In this document: piece after piece, positions 30,079 to 38,972 of the stretch
How the letters are laid out: every line of letters starts with the position of its first letter
How positions within the stretch are numbered: the first letter of the stretch is position 1
From: Gemmatimonadales bacterium
Lineage (GTDB): Bacteria > Gemmatimonadota > Gemmatimonadetes > Gemmatimonadales > GWC2-71-9
Assembly: GCA_041615815.1 (NCBI GenBank)
Contig: JBFJCP010000017.1
Coordinates: 34,104 to 98,103 of the forward strand
Direction: 5' to 3'
Length of the DNA: 64,000 bases
Notes under the pieces: generated by a model
Databases searched by the model: none
What the model was told of the DNA's origin: nothing
The model's input: only the letters and a program-made list of their open reading frames with translations
Program-made: the position numbers and the translations under genes

Positions 30079-31694
30079 TGCAATTTCGAGAGTGTATCGG
30101 ATCGACAGGCGTATACGTCGATCGTCCCGTACGTAGCGTCAGGGATCGTCAACAACACCTGCGGGCACTCCGCCGCCAGATACCGCTGCACCGCTGCCCA
30201 CAGTGGCGCCGCGGATGACCGGCTGCCTCCGGTCGCGGACGGGAAGAACTCGCGCTCGACTACCACGACGTCTGCATCGATCCGCCGCAATGCCTCCGGT
30301 ACGGTCGCGGAGTCGCCGCTTACAAACGCCAGGTTCAACGATCGGGTCTCGTGCCCGACGAGTCCCATCCAGTACGGTTGCGAGATCAGTACACGGGCCC
30401 CGGTGGGTACCACGTCGCCGATCGCACTCGTAATTTCGCGATAGGGCGTCGTGCCAGCAGCGGCTCGAAGTGAGCGCGCAACACCGAGCCCGCCCTCCAG
30501 CACCACGAGTCCGGCCACCGCCGCCATGGCCAATCGCGTGGTGCGGAATCGCTGGTGGGTAGCCCACTGCCAGAGCGTTCTCGCGGATAGGGCCACCATG
30601 AGCGCGATGAAGGGGAGCAGGAAGACGACATAGACATGCCGTTTCAGATTCACCAGCAACGCGAGCAACAACGCGAGCGTCGGCAGCGCCACCAGGAGGA
30701 ACCGATCCCCGACGTCGTCTGCGCTACGCGTGCGACGCCACAGGATTCCAAATCCTGCGGCGGTTCCGGCAATCGCCACCCAAATACCGAGGCGAGGTCG
30801 AAGAAGACCGCCGGGAAACCCTTCGGCCCACGGACCGTAGCGGTGATACTCGCGCACCAGGTTGCCGAGATAGAACAGGGGGCTCAGCAGATCGAAGCGC
30901 CCCTCGTGCCGCGTCATCTGCCCACGGTACGCCTCGAGATCTTGGAAGACGTAGATCGCCCACGGAAGAAGGCCCGCCGTCATCCCGAGCAGCACCAGGT
31001 ACACGTCACGCCGAGCGAGCGCGCGCCACCCCTGGTCCCACAGCAGGACGCACACGAATACGGCGAGAATGAATCCACCGTACACGTGAGTCAGCATGGC
31101 GAGGCCCGTCAACAGGCCGGTGCCCACGAACAGCCCGCCCGCCCGTTGTCCGCCGCGCCGGCGCCGACACGCCGAGACGAAGAGAATCGACGCGGCCAAA
31201 ACGAAGACCGGCACGAGAATGTCGTACCGGATCCAGCGGGCGTAGTCCACAAGCGTGATACCGGACCCCGTGAGGCTCCCGAACCGGACGACACAGAGCG
31301 TCCCTGCCGCAAGCACGCCGATTCCCGTCCCATACAGCTGACGGCCCAGGCAGAACGTCAATGCCACCGTCAGCAGCCCGCAAACGACGGAGACGAGGCG
31401 CGCCTGCCACACTCCCAGTCCGAACACTCGAAACGAGGCCGCCACGAGCAGCGGGTACGCAGGCTGGTATTCATAGTTGCGCAGTTCGGTGCGGTGAAAG
31501 CCGGTAAACAGGTCGTTTCCGTAGACGCCCTCGGTGGCCAACTTGTAGGCGGGGGCCGCGATCCCCATTTGGGACCACTCCAGCGGGGGATAGTCAGCTA
31601 GGAAAGGCAGAGTGGCGGCGAGGTACCAACCAAGGATAGCCGCCAAGGCGAGCGTGGTCTTGACGCTGGAGCCGTCGCGCACCCCGGAGGTCAC
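30075..31694 (-). CDS. GT-C fold glycosyltransferase (ArnT/PMT_2-like), paralogue of the downstream gene
   Basis: Shares EGVxGxDLxTG, GxGxxxxRL, ARxxRxD and DxTYGxIxVY with 28441-30078. Many TM segments. Confidence 0.75.
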   Translation of the reverse strand: MTSGVRDGSSVKTTLALAAILGWYLAATLPFLADYPPLEWSQMGIAAPAYKLATEGVYGNDLFTGFHRTELRNYEYQPAYPLLVAASFRVFGLGVWQARLVSVVCGLLTVALTFCLGRQLYGTGIGVLAAGTLCVVRFGSLTGSGITLVDYARWIRYDILVPVFVLAASILFVSACRRRRGGQRAGGLFVGTGLLTGLAMLTHVYGGFILAVFVCVLLWDQGWRALARRDVYLVLLGMTAGLLPWAIYVFQDLEAYRGQMTRHEGRFDLLSPLFYLGNLVREYHRYGPWAEGFPGGLLRPRLGIWVAIAGTAAGFGILWRRTRSADDVGDRFLLVALPTLALLLALLVNLKRHVYVVFLLPFIALMVALSARTLWQWATHQRFRTTRLAMAAVAGLVVLEGGLGVARSLRAAAGTTPYREITSAIGDVVPTGARVLISQPYWMGLVGHETRSLNLAFVSGDSATVPEALRRIDADVVVVEREFFPSATGGSRSSAAPLWAAVQRYLAAECPQVLLTIPDATYGTIDVYACRSDTLSKLQ

Positions 31695-31762
31695 GGGCCG
31701 GAACGGATGCGAGCCAGGTGCGGTAACGGAGGCGAATGCTGCCAAACACGCGCGATTCGGCG

Positions 31763-32509
31763 ATGGCCAGCACACCGCTCAACACGGGCATCCTGTTTCA
31801 ACTGATGCTCCGTTGGTTGAAGCCCGCGCTCATCTGTGACGTGGGTTCGCGGGACGGCGCGCACGCCCGACGCTTCAGCGCCACCGTGCCTCGTGGGAAG
31901 GTCGTGGCATTCGAGGCGAGTCCGGTCAATGCGGCGGCCATGCGGAGGAATGCGCGGCTTCGTGCACGAGGGATCGAAGTCCGGGAATGTGTCGTGGGAG
32001 ATCGCGACGGGACGGTACCCTTCTTCGTGGAGCAGCCCGACAAGGCGGATACGGATCCAATCGCTTGGGGCCTCAGTTCCACTCGCAGGCGGCGAGACGA
32101 ATACCGAATCGGGCTCCGGAGAACCGAGATCCAGCAGCAGGCTCAGCGACTCGATTCGTTCATTTCGGGTCTGGACCCACCGCCCGCGACGGTGGCCGTG
32201 TGGATCGACGCGGAAGGTGCCGCCTACGAGGTGTTGTCCGGCATGGCCGGAATACGTGACCGCGTCCAGCTCGTCCACGTCGAAGTCGAAGATCGGGAGA
32301 TATGGCATGGCCAGCGTCTCGAGCCGGAGGTGCGGGGGCTGCTGACAAGTTGGGGGTTCCACGAACTCGCTCGGGGGCCGCGACCCGTTCAACACGATGT
32401 GGTGTTCGTCCGCGAAGAACTCACAACCACCAAGCGGCTTCGGCTGCGAGCAATGGTCGCTGCCGCCGCACTCTTTTCGAGGTTCGTGAACATGATCCGC
32501 GGGCGCTGA
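31763..32509 (+). CDS. FkbM family methyltransferase
   Basis: ICDVGSRDG, VAFEASP and WIDAEGAAYEVLSG. Confidence 0.85.
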   Translation: MASTPLNTGILFQLMLRWLKPALICDVGSRDGAHARRFSATVPRGKVVAFEASPVNAAAMRRNARLRARGIEVRECVVGDRDGTVPFFVEQPDKADTDPIAWGLSSTRRRRDEYRIGLRRTEIQQQAQRLDSFISGLDPPPATVAVWIDAEGAAYEVLSGMAGIRDRVQLVHVEVEDREIWHGQRLEPEVRGLLTSWGFHELARGPRPVQHDVVFVREELTTTKRLRLRAMVAAAALFSRFVNMIRGR

Positions 32510-32536
32510 GCCCTGCGCGGTGCGGCGTGGGCTCAG
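32506..32536. terminator. Hairpin between convergent genes (possible bidirectional terminator)
   Basis: CTGAGCCC...GGGCTCAG 8-bp stem whose arms contain both stop codons. No U-tract. Confidence 0.35.
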
Positions 32537-34545
32537 TTCGTGAGCCGCACGCCCGCCGCCACCGTCAACGGGATCCCCGGCCGATCGAACGCCGTCTTGT
32601 AGTAGGCGTCGAACAGGTTCTCGATCCGCGTGTACAGGCTCACACGCGGCGCGATGCGAACGTTGGCGGTGAATCCCGGAAGAAAATAGGACCTGAGCAC
32701 CACGCGGTCGCCGCTGAATCGTTCCGTCAACACGGTTTGCCGGCCCACCACGGTGCCGCGCGCGAGGATGGTCAGCCGGTCCACCGGGGTCACCTCCACG
32801 AACGCACTGGTCACGACGGTGGGGCGAAACGGGAGAGAGGCGCCCTCGGGAAACTCCTGGTCCGACAGCCCCGTGTTGTCGAGAATCTCCGTGCTGATCC
32901 AGGACCCGTCCACGCCGCCCCGCACCCGACGCGCCGGTCGGACGCGAACGCTCCACTCCAACCCCTCGGATCGAGATTGACCGAGATTGCGGGCGATCTG
33001 ACGGGTGGAGTTCTCGAGAGCCACGAACCGAATGAGATTCTCGAAGTGCTGGCGGAAGTAGGTCACGCCGATGAAACCCCGTCCTTCGCCGAGCACGAGA
33101 TCGGTGCCCACTTCCCAGCTGGTCGAGGTTTCGGGTTTGAGGTCGGGATTGGCGGCGATGAACGGGTTGTCGGCGAACTGTTCCTGCAGGTTGGGTGCCT
33201 TGTACGCGCGGCCGACGGCGCCCCGCACCGAGAAGAGGGCCGGCACCACATGCAGCACAGCCGATGCCCGCGGCGTGAACTCGGCGCCGAACCCCTCGAA
33301 CTTCTCGACTCGGGTGCCGGCCAGCAGGCTCACCCGGGCACCGACGTCGGCATGGAGCTCGGCGAACCCGGCGACCGCGTTCCGGTCGAACATGACTTCG
33401 CCGTCGCCGAAGTCCCCGGCGGTCACATCCTTGAGATCTTCCCTTTCCCACTGCCCGCCATAGCTGAGCGTGATCTCGCTCGCGGCACCGCGGCCGAGCA
33501 GATTACTCCCCACGTACTCGACGGCGGTGCGCCAGAGCCGGCTGTCGAGGCGAAAGTCGGCGTCGAAGATGAAGAAGTCGAAATCACCCGTCATCGCCAC
33601 GTCATCGCGCTGGTCCTCGAACACGAAATCTTCGGTGTACGCTGATACGCGGAATTGATTGGTCCATCCGGGCAGGGGACGGAATGCCGCTTGGGCCGAA
33701 CCGATGAAACGGTCCCGTTCGTTACGCGCGTTGGGGTCCAAGGGGACGCGGCGCGCCCCGGGATCCCGCACCGGACGGTTGGCGTCGATGCTCGCGTATC
33801 GCAGCGTCGTGGTCAGGTCCCATTGGCTCGATGGCGACGCGTCGAGCCGGACCGAGACATCGCGAGTCCACGTGTCATCCGGGAGGTCGTAGATGCCCCG
33901 GCTGTACGTCAGGCCTCCGCCCATGGAGTATTGCACGATCTCCGTGCCGCCGGACAGCGATGCGGTGGTGCGGAAGGAGCCGCCATTGTCGATGGCTCCT
34001 CCACCTTCGGAGGTAATTTCCATCCGTGCCGGTCCGGGACGTCCCCGCGGCGTCATGAAGTGTACGACACCGCTAACGGCGGAGGATCCATAGACGGCGC
34101 TCTGCGGACCACGGGCTACTTCGATGCGCTCGATGTTCGTGAGCGTGAACCCCTGGAAATCGAAGAACCCGCCGTTTTGGTTGATCTGGACCCCGTCCAT
34201 CAGGATTTGGGTAAAAACTTCTTCGCCTCCCCGAAGGCGGACAATCGCGGGTCCGCCCGGACCGGCCGCCTCGTCGATATACGCCCCGGGCAGCTCGCGA
34301 AGAGCGTCGATGGCGTAAAACGACGGCTCGATGGCGAGTTGCCGTGCGTCCACCACGGACAGCGCGAATCCGAGCCGATCGGTGGAGGTCGGAAGCTTGG
34401 TTCCAGTCACGACGAACTCGGGTAACCGGACGGCCGGACGCGTGGTATCCGACTGCTCGGTGGTGGAATCCGGCTGCTGGGCTGCCGCAGGGAACCCGAC
34501 GATCGAGAGGAAAGTTGATACGACCACGAACGATTGTAGGCGCAT
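32533..34545 (-). CDS. TonB-dependent receptor (BtuB-like)
   Basis: AAGGAG ribosome-binding site, signal peptide, TonB-box-like EFVVTG, plug motif IERIEVARGPQSAVYGSSAVSGVV, NPDLKPE and RIENLFD. Confidence 0.92.
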   Translation of the reverse strand: MRLQSFVVVSTFLSIVGFPAAAQQPDSTTEQSDTTRPAVRLPEFVVTGTKLPTSTDRLGFALSVVDARQLAIEPSFYAIDALRELPGAYIDEAAGPGGPAIVRLRGGEEVFTQILMDGVQINQNGGFFDFQGFTLTNIERIEVARGPQSAVYGSSAVSGVVHFMTPRGRPGPARMEITSEGGGAIDNGGSFRTTASLSGGTEIVQYSMGGGLTYSRGIYDLPDDTWTRDVSVRLDASPSSQWDLTTTLRYASIDANRPVRDPGARRVPLDPNARNERDRFIGSAQAAFRPLPGWTNQFRVSAYTEDFVFEDQRDDVAMTGDFDFFIFDADFRLDSRLWRTAVEYVGSNLLGRGAASEITLSYGGQWEREDLKDVTAGDFGDGEVMFDRNAVAGFAELHADVGARVSLLAGTRVEKFEGFGAEFTPRASAVLHVVPALFSVRGAVGRAYKAPNLQEQFADNPFIAANPDLKPETSTSWEVGTDLVLGEGRGFIGVTYFRQHFENLIRFVALENSTRQIARNLGQSRSEGLEWSVRVRPARRVRGGVDGSWISTEILDNTGLSDQEFPEGASLPFRPTVVTSAFVEVTPVDRLTILARGTVVGRQTVLTERFSGDRVVLRSYFLPGFTANVRIAPRVSLYTRIENLFDAYYKTAFDRPGIPLTVAAGVRLTN

Positions 34546-34584
34546 GAGCGATCGCTCCTTGTATAGACTCGACACGATGGTCGG

Positions 34585-35883
34585 GTGGTGAAGGTTCGAG
34601 AATCTATCCCGCGCGGACGGCGACTCGATAGGTGGAGTCGCCTCGGGCTGTTTTTCACCGCCAATGTCTTCTTTGGCGCGGGGCTCTTCTTTCACGCCTT
34701 CCTCTACAACTTCTATCTCGACGCGCTGGGCCTCGGCGAGAGCATCATGGGTGGGGCCGCCGCCGCGCTCACGGCGGGTGGTCTCGCCGCGCTGCTCCCC
34801 GCGGGTATCGTGGTGGACCGCCGAGGCACACGGCTTACGTACTACGTGGCGGCCGGGCTGACGGCCGCCGGCCTGGCGGCGGGTGCCCTGGTCGAGGCAC
34901 CGCTCCTGATATACGCGGCGGCATTCCTCGCGGGCGCGGGGACATCCGCGTGGCGGGTGGTTACCGGTCCCATCATCATGCAGCTCACCGATAGGAGCAC
35001 GCGTGCCCGCGCGTTCTCGTGGAACGTGGGACTGCTCGTAGGGTCTGGAGGACTGTGGATGGCGCTCGCCGGAGCCGCGCCGGCGTGGATCGAGTCTGCG
35101 CACGCCGTGGGCAGCCTGGGTGGACTCCGCATCGCCTTGCTTCTGGGTGCCGGCGGCACGGTGCTCAGCGCCATTTTCTTCCGGCTTCTCCGATACCGCT
35201 TCGCATCCGGTCTGCGTCCCGCTCACGTCTCGGCCGGTGCCTTGCCGGCAGCCGTACCCCGAACCCTCGGCATTCTGGTGTTGCTGGTGGCCCTTTGGAT
35301 GATCGCGCCGGCCCTGGTCACGCCGTTCTTCAACATCTACTTCCAACGAGCGCATGACCTGGCTCTCAGCGACATCGGGATCATCTTCGCGTTGACGCAC
35401 GCCCTGACCGCCCTCGTGATCTTCGGGAGCGGAGAGGTCGCCTCACGGCTCGGCCCGGTCCGCACGCTCGCATGCTGGGTTCTGGTGTTCGGCCCCACGC
35501 TGTGGGGGTTGGCGGCGTCCCAGACCGTGGTCCTCGCCGTCACCCTGTACCTGGTCCAGGGTATGGTGGCGCCGGCCACCAATCCCCTGATCGATCAGAT
35601 CCTGCTGGAGCTGGCGCCAGCCCACCGCCGAGGCGCCGTCTCCAGTTGGCGTAACGCGGCGACCGAAGTGAGTGGAATCGTGGGAGCGGGTATCGGAGGG
35701 GTGCTGCTCGAGAGAAGCTCGTTTGGCACGTTGTTTGGTGTGGCCGGCAGCCTGGCGATCGTTGCGGTTGCCGTGCTGTTGATCGTGCTGTACCGTCTCC
35801 GTTCCCAAGTCGGCGCCCAGCGTGTTGTCGCCACAACGGATCTCTCCATGGGGGCCGGCCCCGAAAGGGCTGAATCAGATTGA
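34585..35883 (+). CDS. MFS transporter
   Basis: 12 TM segments, motif A-like GIVVDRRGTR and GEVASRLGPVR. Confidence 0.88.
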   Translation: MVKVRESIPRGRRLDRWSRLGLFFTANVFFGAGLFFHAFLYNFYLDALGLGESIMGGAAAALTAGGLAALLPAGIVVDRRGTRLTYYVAAGLTAAGLAAGALVEAPLLIYAAAFLAGAGTSAWRVVTGPIIMQLTDRSTRARAFSWNVGLLVGSGGLWMALAGAAPAWIESAHAVGSLGGLRIALLLGAGGTVLSAIFFRLLRYRFASGLRPAHVSAGALPAAVPRTLGILVLLVALWMIAPALVTPFFNIYFQRAHDLALSDIGIIFALTHALTALVIFGSGEVASRLGPVRTLACWVLVFGPTLWGLAASQTVVLAVTLYLVQGMVAPATNPLIDQILLELAPAHRRGAVSSWRNAATEVSGIVGAGIGGVLLERSSFGTLFGVAGSLAIVAVAVLLIVLYRLRSQVGAQRVVATTDLSMGAGPERAESD

Positions 35884-36845
35884 ACGCCAGGCCTCTCCGT
35901 GTCGAGTTTCCGGTGCTCGGGATCCCGGTGTACTTCGAGACGAATGCGATCGAGATCCTCGACGTGTTGCAGGAGACGTTCGGTCTCTGGGCTTCACTCA
36001 CGGACTATCCCGAGCTCGTATCGCGGAGGGCGGTGCGGGCTCGGTTCCTGCTTCAGGGTGGAGACGAAGGCCCCCATCACCACGCACCGCTGACGTACCG
36101 CATGCCCCAGTTCGAGACGGTGATATTGGAGACGCCGGGGAGTCATGGGGTGGCGGATGCTACCCGCCGGGAGGTTGTTGCTCGGGTCACGGAGGATCTC
36201 GTGGGCGACCGGGCCCATTTCCGCTACGGTGTCGTGGAGGCCCTCACCCTTGCCTTGCTGACCCGATTCGACCGGCTTCCGTTTCACGCGGCCGCCATTG
36301 TCCGCGGAGGCAACACGCTGCTGCTCGCGGGTCCTACTGGTGCGGGGAAGAGCACGCTGTGCTACGTGGCGTCGCGAGCGGGATACCGAGTCCTTACCGA
36401 CGACGCAGTTTACCTCCAGTTCGTCCCTCGTCTGCGCGTCTGGGGCATCCCCGGCCACCTCCATCTCCCGAGGGAGGCCACACAGCGATTCCCCGAGCTT
36501 GGGGGACAGATCCCGTCGCTGCTCGCTAACGGAAAGGAGAAAGTCGAGGTGAGCGTTCCAGCAGAGGCCACGGTCACGCCACCGGTGGTCACGGGTCGAG
36601 CGGCGGTCTGCATTCTCCGAGGTCCAACGGCGAAAGCCGCAGTGTCCCGTCTCGATCGGGCTACGGTACGTCAGAAGCTGACGGCCCGCCTGGAGGAGGG
36701 CTTCGAAGTGTTCGCGGAGCAGATGGGTTGGGCGATCGATGTGCTGGCGCCTCACCAGGGTTGGCTGCTCGACGTTGGAGGGAAGCCGGATGACGCGATA
36801 CCGCAACTCGAAGAGATGTTTCGGGTTTTACAGAATAGCGAATGA
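35880..36845 (+). CDS. HPr kinase-related P-loop kinase
   Basis: FHAAAI...LLAGPTGAGKSTL (Walker A) and LTDD. TTGA overlap with the MFS gene. Confidence 0.8.
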   Translation: MNARPLRVEFPVLGIPVYFETNAIEILDVLQETFGLWASLTDYPELVSRRAVRARFLLQGGDEGPHHHAPLTYRMPQFETVILETPGSHGVADATRREVVARVTEDLVGDRAHFRYGVVEALTLALLTRFDRLPFHAAAIVRGGNTLLLAGPTGAGKSTLCYVASRAGYRVLTDDAVYLQFVPRLRVWGIPGHLHLPREATQRFPELGGQIPSLLANGKEKVEVSVPAEATVTPPVVTGRAAVCILRGPTAKAAVSRLDRATVRQKLTARLEEGFEVFAEQMGWAIDVLAPHQGWLLDVGGKPDDAIPQLEEMFRVLQNSE

Positions 36846-36863
36846 TGGGGCCGCGGGGGCGGA

Positions 36864-38723
36864 CTACGGCGCCTGCGGCAACCCTCCGGTAGCGCGCTGG
36901 CTCGAGCCCGGTAGCTCGGTCTCCGGCGGTTCCGGCGTGAAGTCTTCGCCGGGGTTGATGAACAGGTTTTGCTCGATGTGGTACTGCCGTTCGTACAGCT
37001 GCCGATACCGTCCGTCCTTTGCCAACAACTCTTCGTGCGTACCGCGTTCCACGATCTCGCCCTCCTCGAGCACGAGAATCTGGTCGGCGCGTCGGATGGT
37101 GGAGAGACGATGCGCGATCACGAAGGTCGTCCGCCCCTGCTGCAGCTGTCGCAGCGCATCCTGAATCTTCGCTTCGATCTCGCTGTCCAGGCTGGAGGTG
37201 GCCTCGTCGAGAATCAGAATACGCGGATCGGCGAGAATAGCCCGCGCGATGGCAATGCGCTGACGCTGACCGCCCGACAGCCGCACGCCGCGCTCCCCCA
37301 CGACGGTGTCATATCCGTTCGCCATCCGTTCCACGAACTCGTCACAATGGGCGATCGCGGCGGCCCGGCGCACGTCGTCCATGGCGGTCCGGGGCGCGCC
37401 AAAGCGAATGTTGTCCGCTACGGTGCCATCGAACAGAAAATTCTCCTGCAACACGACGCCGATATGGCTGCGATAGTCATGAGCCCGCAGCCCGGCGAGA
37501 TCGCGGCCATCCACGAGGATCCTCCCCGTGGTGGGACGGTTGAAGGCGGCCACGAGACTAATGAGCGTGCTTTTCCCCGAGCCACTCGACCCCACGAGCG
37601 CGGTCGTGGCTCCCTCTGCGGCCGTGAAGCTGATGTGCGTGAGCACCAACGTGTTGGGAAGGTATTCGAAGGAGACGTCCTCGAATCGGAAATGCCCCTG
37701 CACGTCGTCCAGCGGTTCCCGTTCCAGATCGTCTTCCCACTCCGTCGTCATGGCGCGGATCTCACGGATGCGGTCCAGGCCGGCAAACGCCTCGCTGATC
37801 TGCGTGCCGATGGACGCGATCTGGATGAGCGGGGAGGCCACCAGACCGGTGAAGAAGGTGTACATGATGAGGTCACCCAGCGTCATGGAGCCGGCGAGTA
37901 TAGCCCGGCCACCGATCAGAATCATGATGACCCCGATGATTCCCACCACGAGCGTCGCAAGCGAGCCGATGCCCGCCACGGCTGTCACCGCCTTGGCCAC
38001 GTTGCGGAACAGTCGATGCGCGCCTTTGGCAAAGACATACTGCTCGCGCCGCTCCGCCGTGTATGCTTTGACCACGCGGATCCCGCCCAACGTCTCCGCC
38101 AGCCGGCCCGTCACGTCCGCGTTGATCTTGCCACGCTCGCGGAAGATCGGACGCATCTTGGTGAAGGTGAACGCCATTGCGCCCAGGAAGACGAGGAGCA
38201 CGACGATCACCACAGCCGTGAGCTGCCAGTTCAGGTAGAACAACACGCCAAGGGCCAGGGCCGCGGTCATCAGCCCGCCCACCAGCTGGACCAGACCGGT
38301 GCCCACTAGGTTCCGAATTCCCTCGGCGTCGGTCATGATGCGCGAGATCAAGACCCCCGTCTTGGTGGAATCGAAGTACCGCACGGGCAAGCGGGCCACA
38401 TGCTCCTGGACCACTTTGCGCATCTCGGTGATGGCCCGCTGCGCCGCCACGCCCAGAACCTGCGACAGCGCAAACCCCGTCACGGATTGGACGAGTGTGG
38501 CGGTGCCCACCGCCAGCGCGAGGGGCAGCAGGAGCTCCCCGCGCCTCTGGCCAATGACTTCGTCAATGAGGAATTTGGACGACGCAGGTAGGACCAGACC
38601 CGCCAGCCGGCTCACCACCATCAGCCCGAATCCCAACGCCAGCCGATAGCGGTGCGCCCACACGAGTTCCCGGGCTTCACGCCAGACGTTGGAGAGACTC
38701 ACTTTGCGGCGCTTAGTAACCAC
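36864..38723 (-). CDS. ABC exporter, fused permease/ATPase (MsbA/MdlB-like)
   Basis: Six TM segments, GSSGSGKS, LSGGQRQR and ILDEATSSLD. Confidence 0.94.
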   Translation of the reverse strand: MVTKRRKVSLSNVWREARELVWAHRYRLALGFGLMVVSRLAGLVLPASSKFLIDEVIGQRRGELLLPLALAVGTATLVQSVTGFALSQVLGVAAQRAITEMRKVVQEHVARLPVRYFDSTKTGVLISRIMTDAEGIRNLVGTGLVQLVGGLMTAALALGVLFYLNWQLTAVVIVVLLVFLGAMAFTFTKMRPIFRERGKINADVTGRLAETLGGIRVVKAYTAERREQYVFAKGAHRLFRNVAKAVTAVAGIGSLATLVVGIIGVIMILIGGRAILAGSMTLGDLIMYTFFTGLVASPLIQIASIGTQISEAFAGLDRIREIRAMTTEWEDDLEREPLDDVQGHFRFEDVSFEYLPNTLVLTHISFTAAEGATTALVGSSGSGKSTLISLVAAFNRPTTGRILVDGRDLAGLRAHDYRSHIGVVLQENFLFDGTVADNIRFGAPRTAMDDVRRAAAIAHCDEFVERMANGYDTVVGERGVRLSGGQRQRIAIARAILADPRILILDEATSSLDSEIEAKIQDALRQLQQGRTTFVIAHRLSTIRRADQILVLEEGEIVERGTHEELLAKDGRYRQLYERQYHIEQNLFINPGEDFTPEPPETELPGSSQRATGGLPQAP

Positions 38724-38838
38724 GTGGCGGTTCCCGAAACTCGAAATCCTCGAATAACATGTGGAGCGGCAAGATCGACGGGAAAAGGCGCGGGGTCAAG
38801 TTGGACAGAGGGCTGGAAGGTTGAAACGCCTTCATAGA

Positions 38839-38925
38839 CGGAATGCTGGAAAGAGTGAAAGTCGGAACGTGCCCATAGGGGCGGCGGCTGTCCGTCCTTC
38901 CCATCTTCATTCTTCCATCCCGCCC
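38839..38925. repeat. Degenerate octamer arrays in inverted arrangement
   Basis: A purine-rich arm (ggaatgct ggaaagag tgaaagtc ggaacgtg) is followed by a pyrimidine-rich arm (tccgtcct tcccatct tcattctt ccatcc). Confidence 0.4.
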
Positions 38926-38972
38926 CAAATGCTTAGATTTCGAGGCCACCTCCGAAGGAGACGCGAAACCAG

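Noticed and set aside
34546..35400. 285-aa N-terminal extension of the TonB receptor in the ORF track
   Set aside because: It is antisense to the MFS gene. A good ribosome-binding site and signal peptide begin at 34545.
38724..38972. Small precursor-peptide ORF between the ABC exporter and hflX
   Set aside because: Only short ORFs without a ribosome-binding site or lasso/RiPP leader features are present, and repeats and promoters explain the region.
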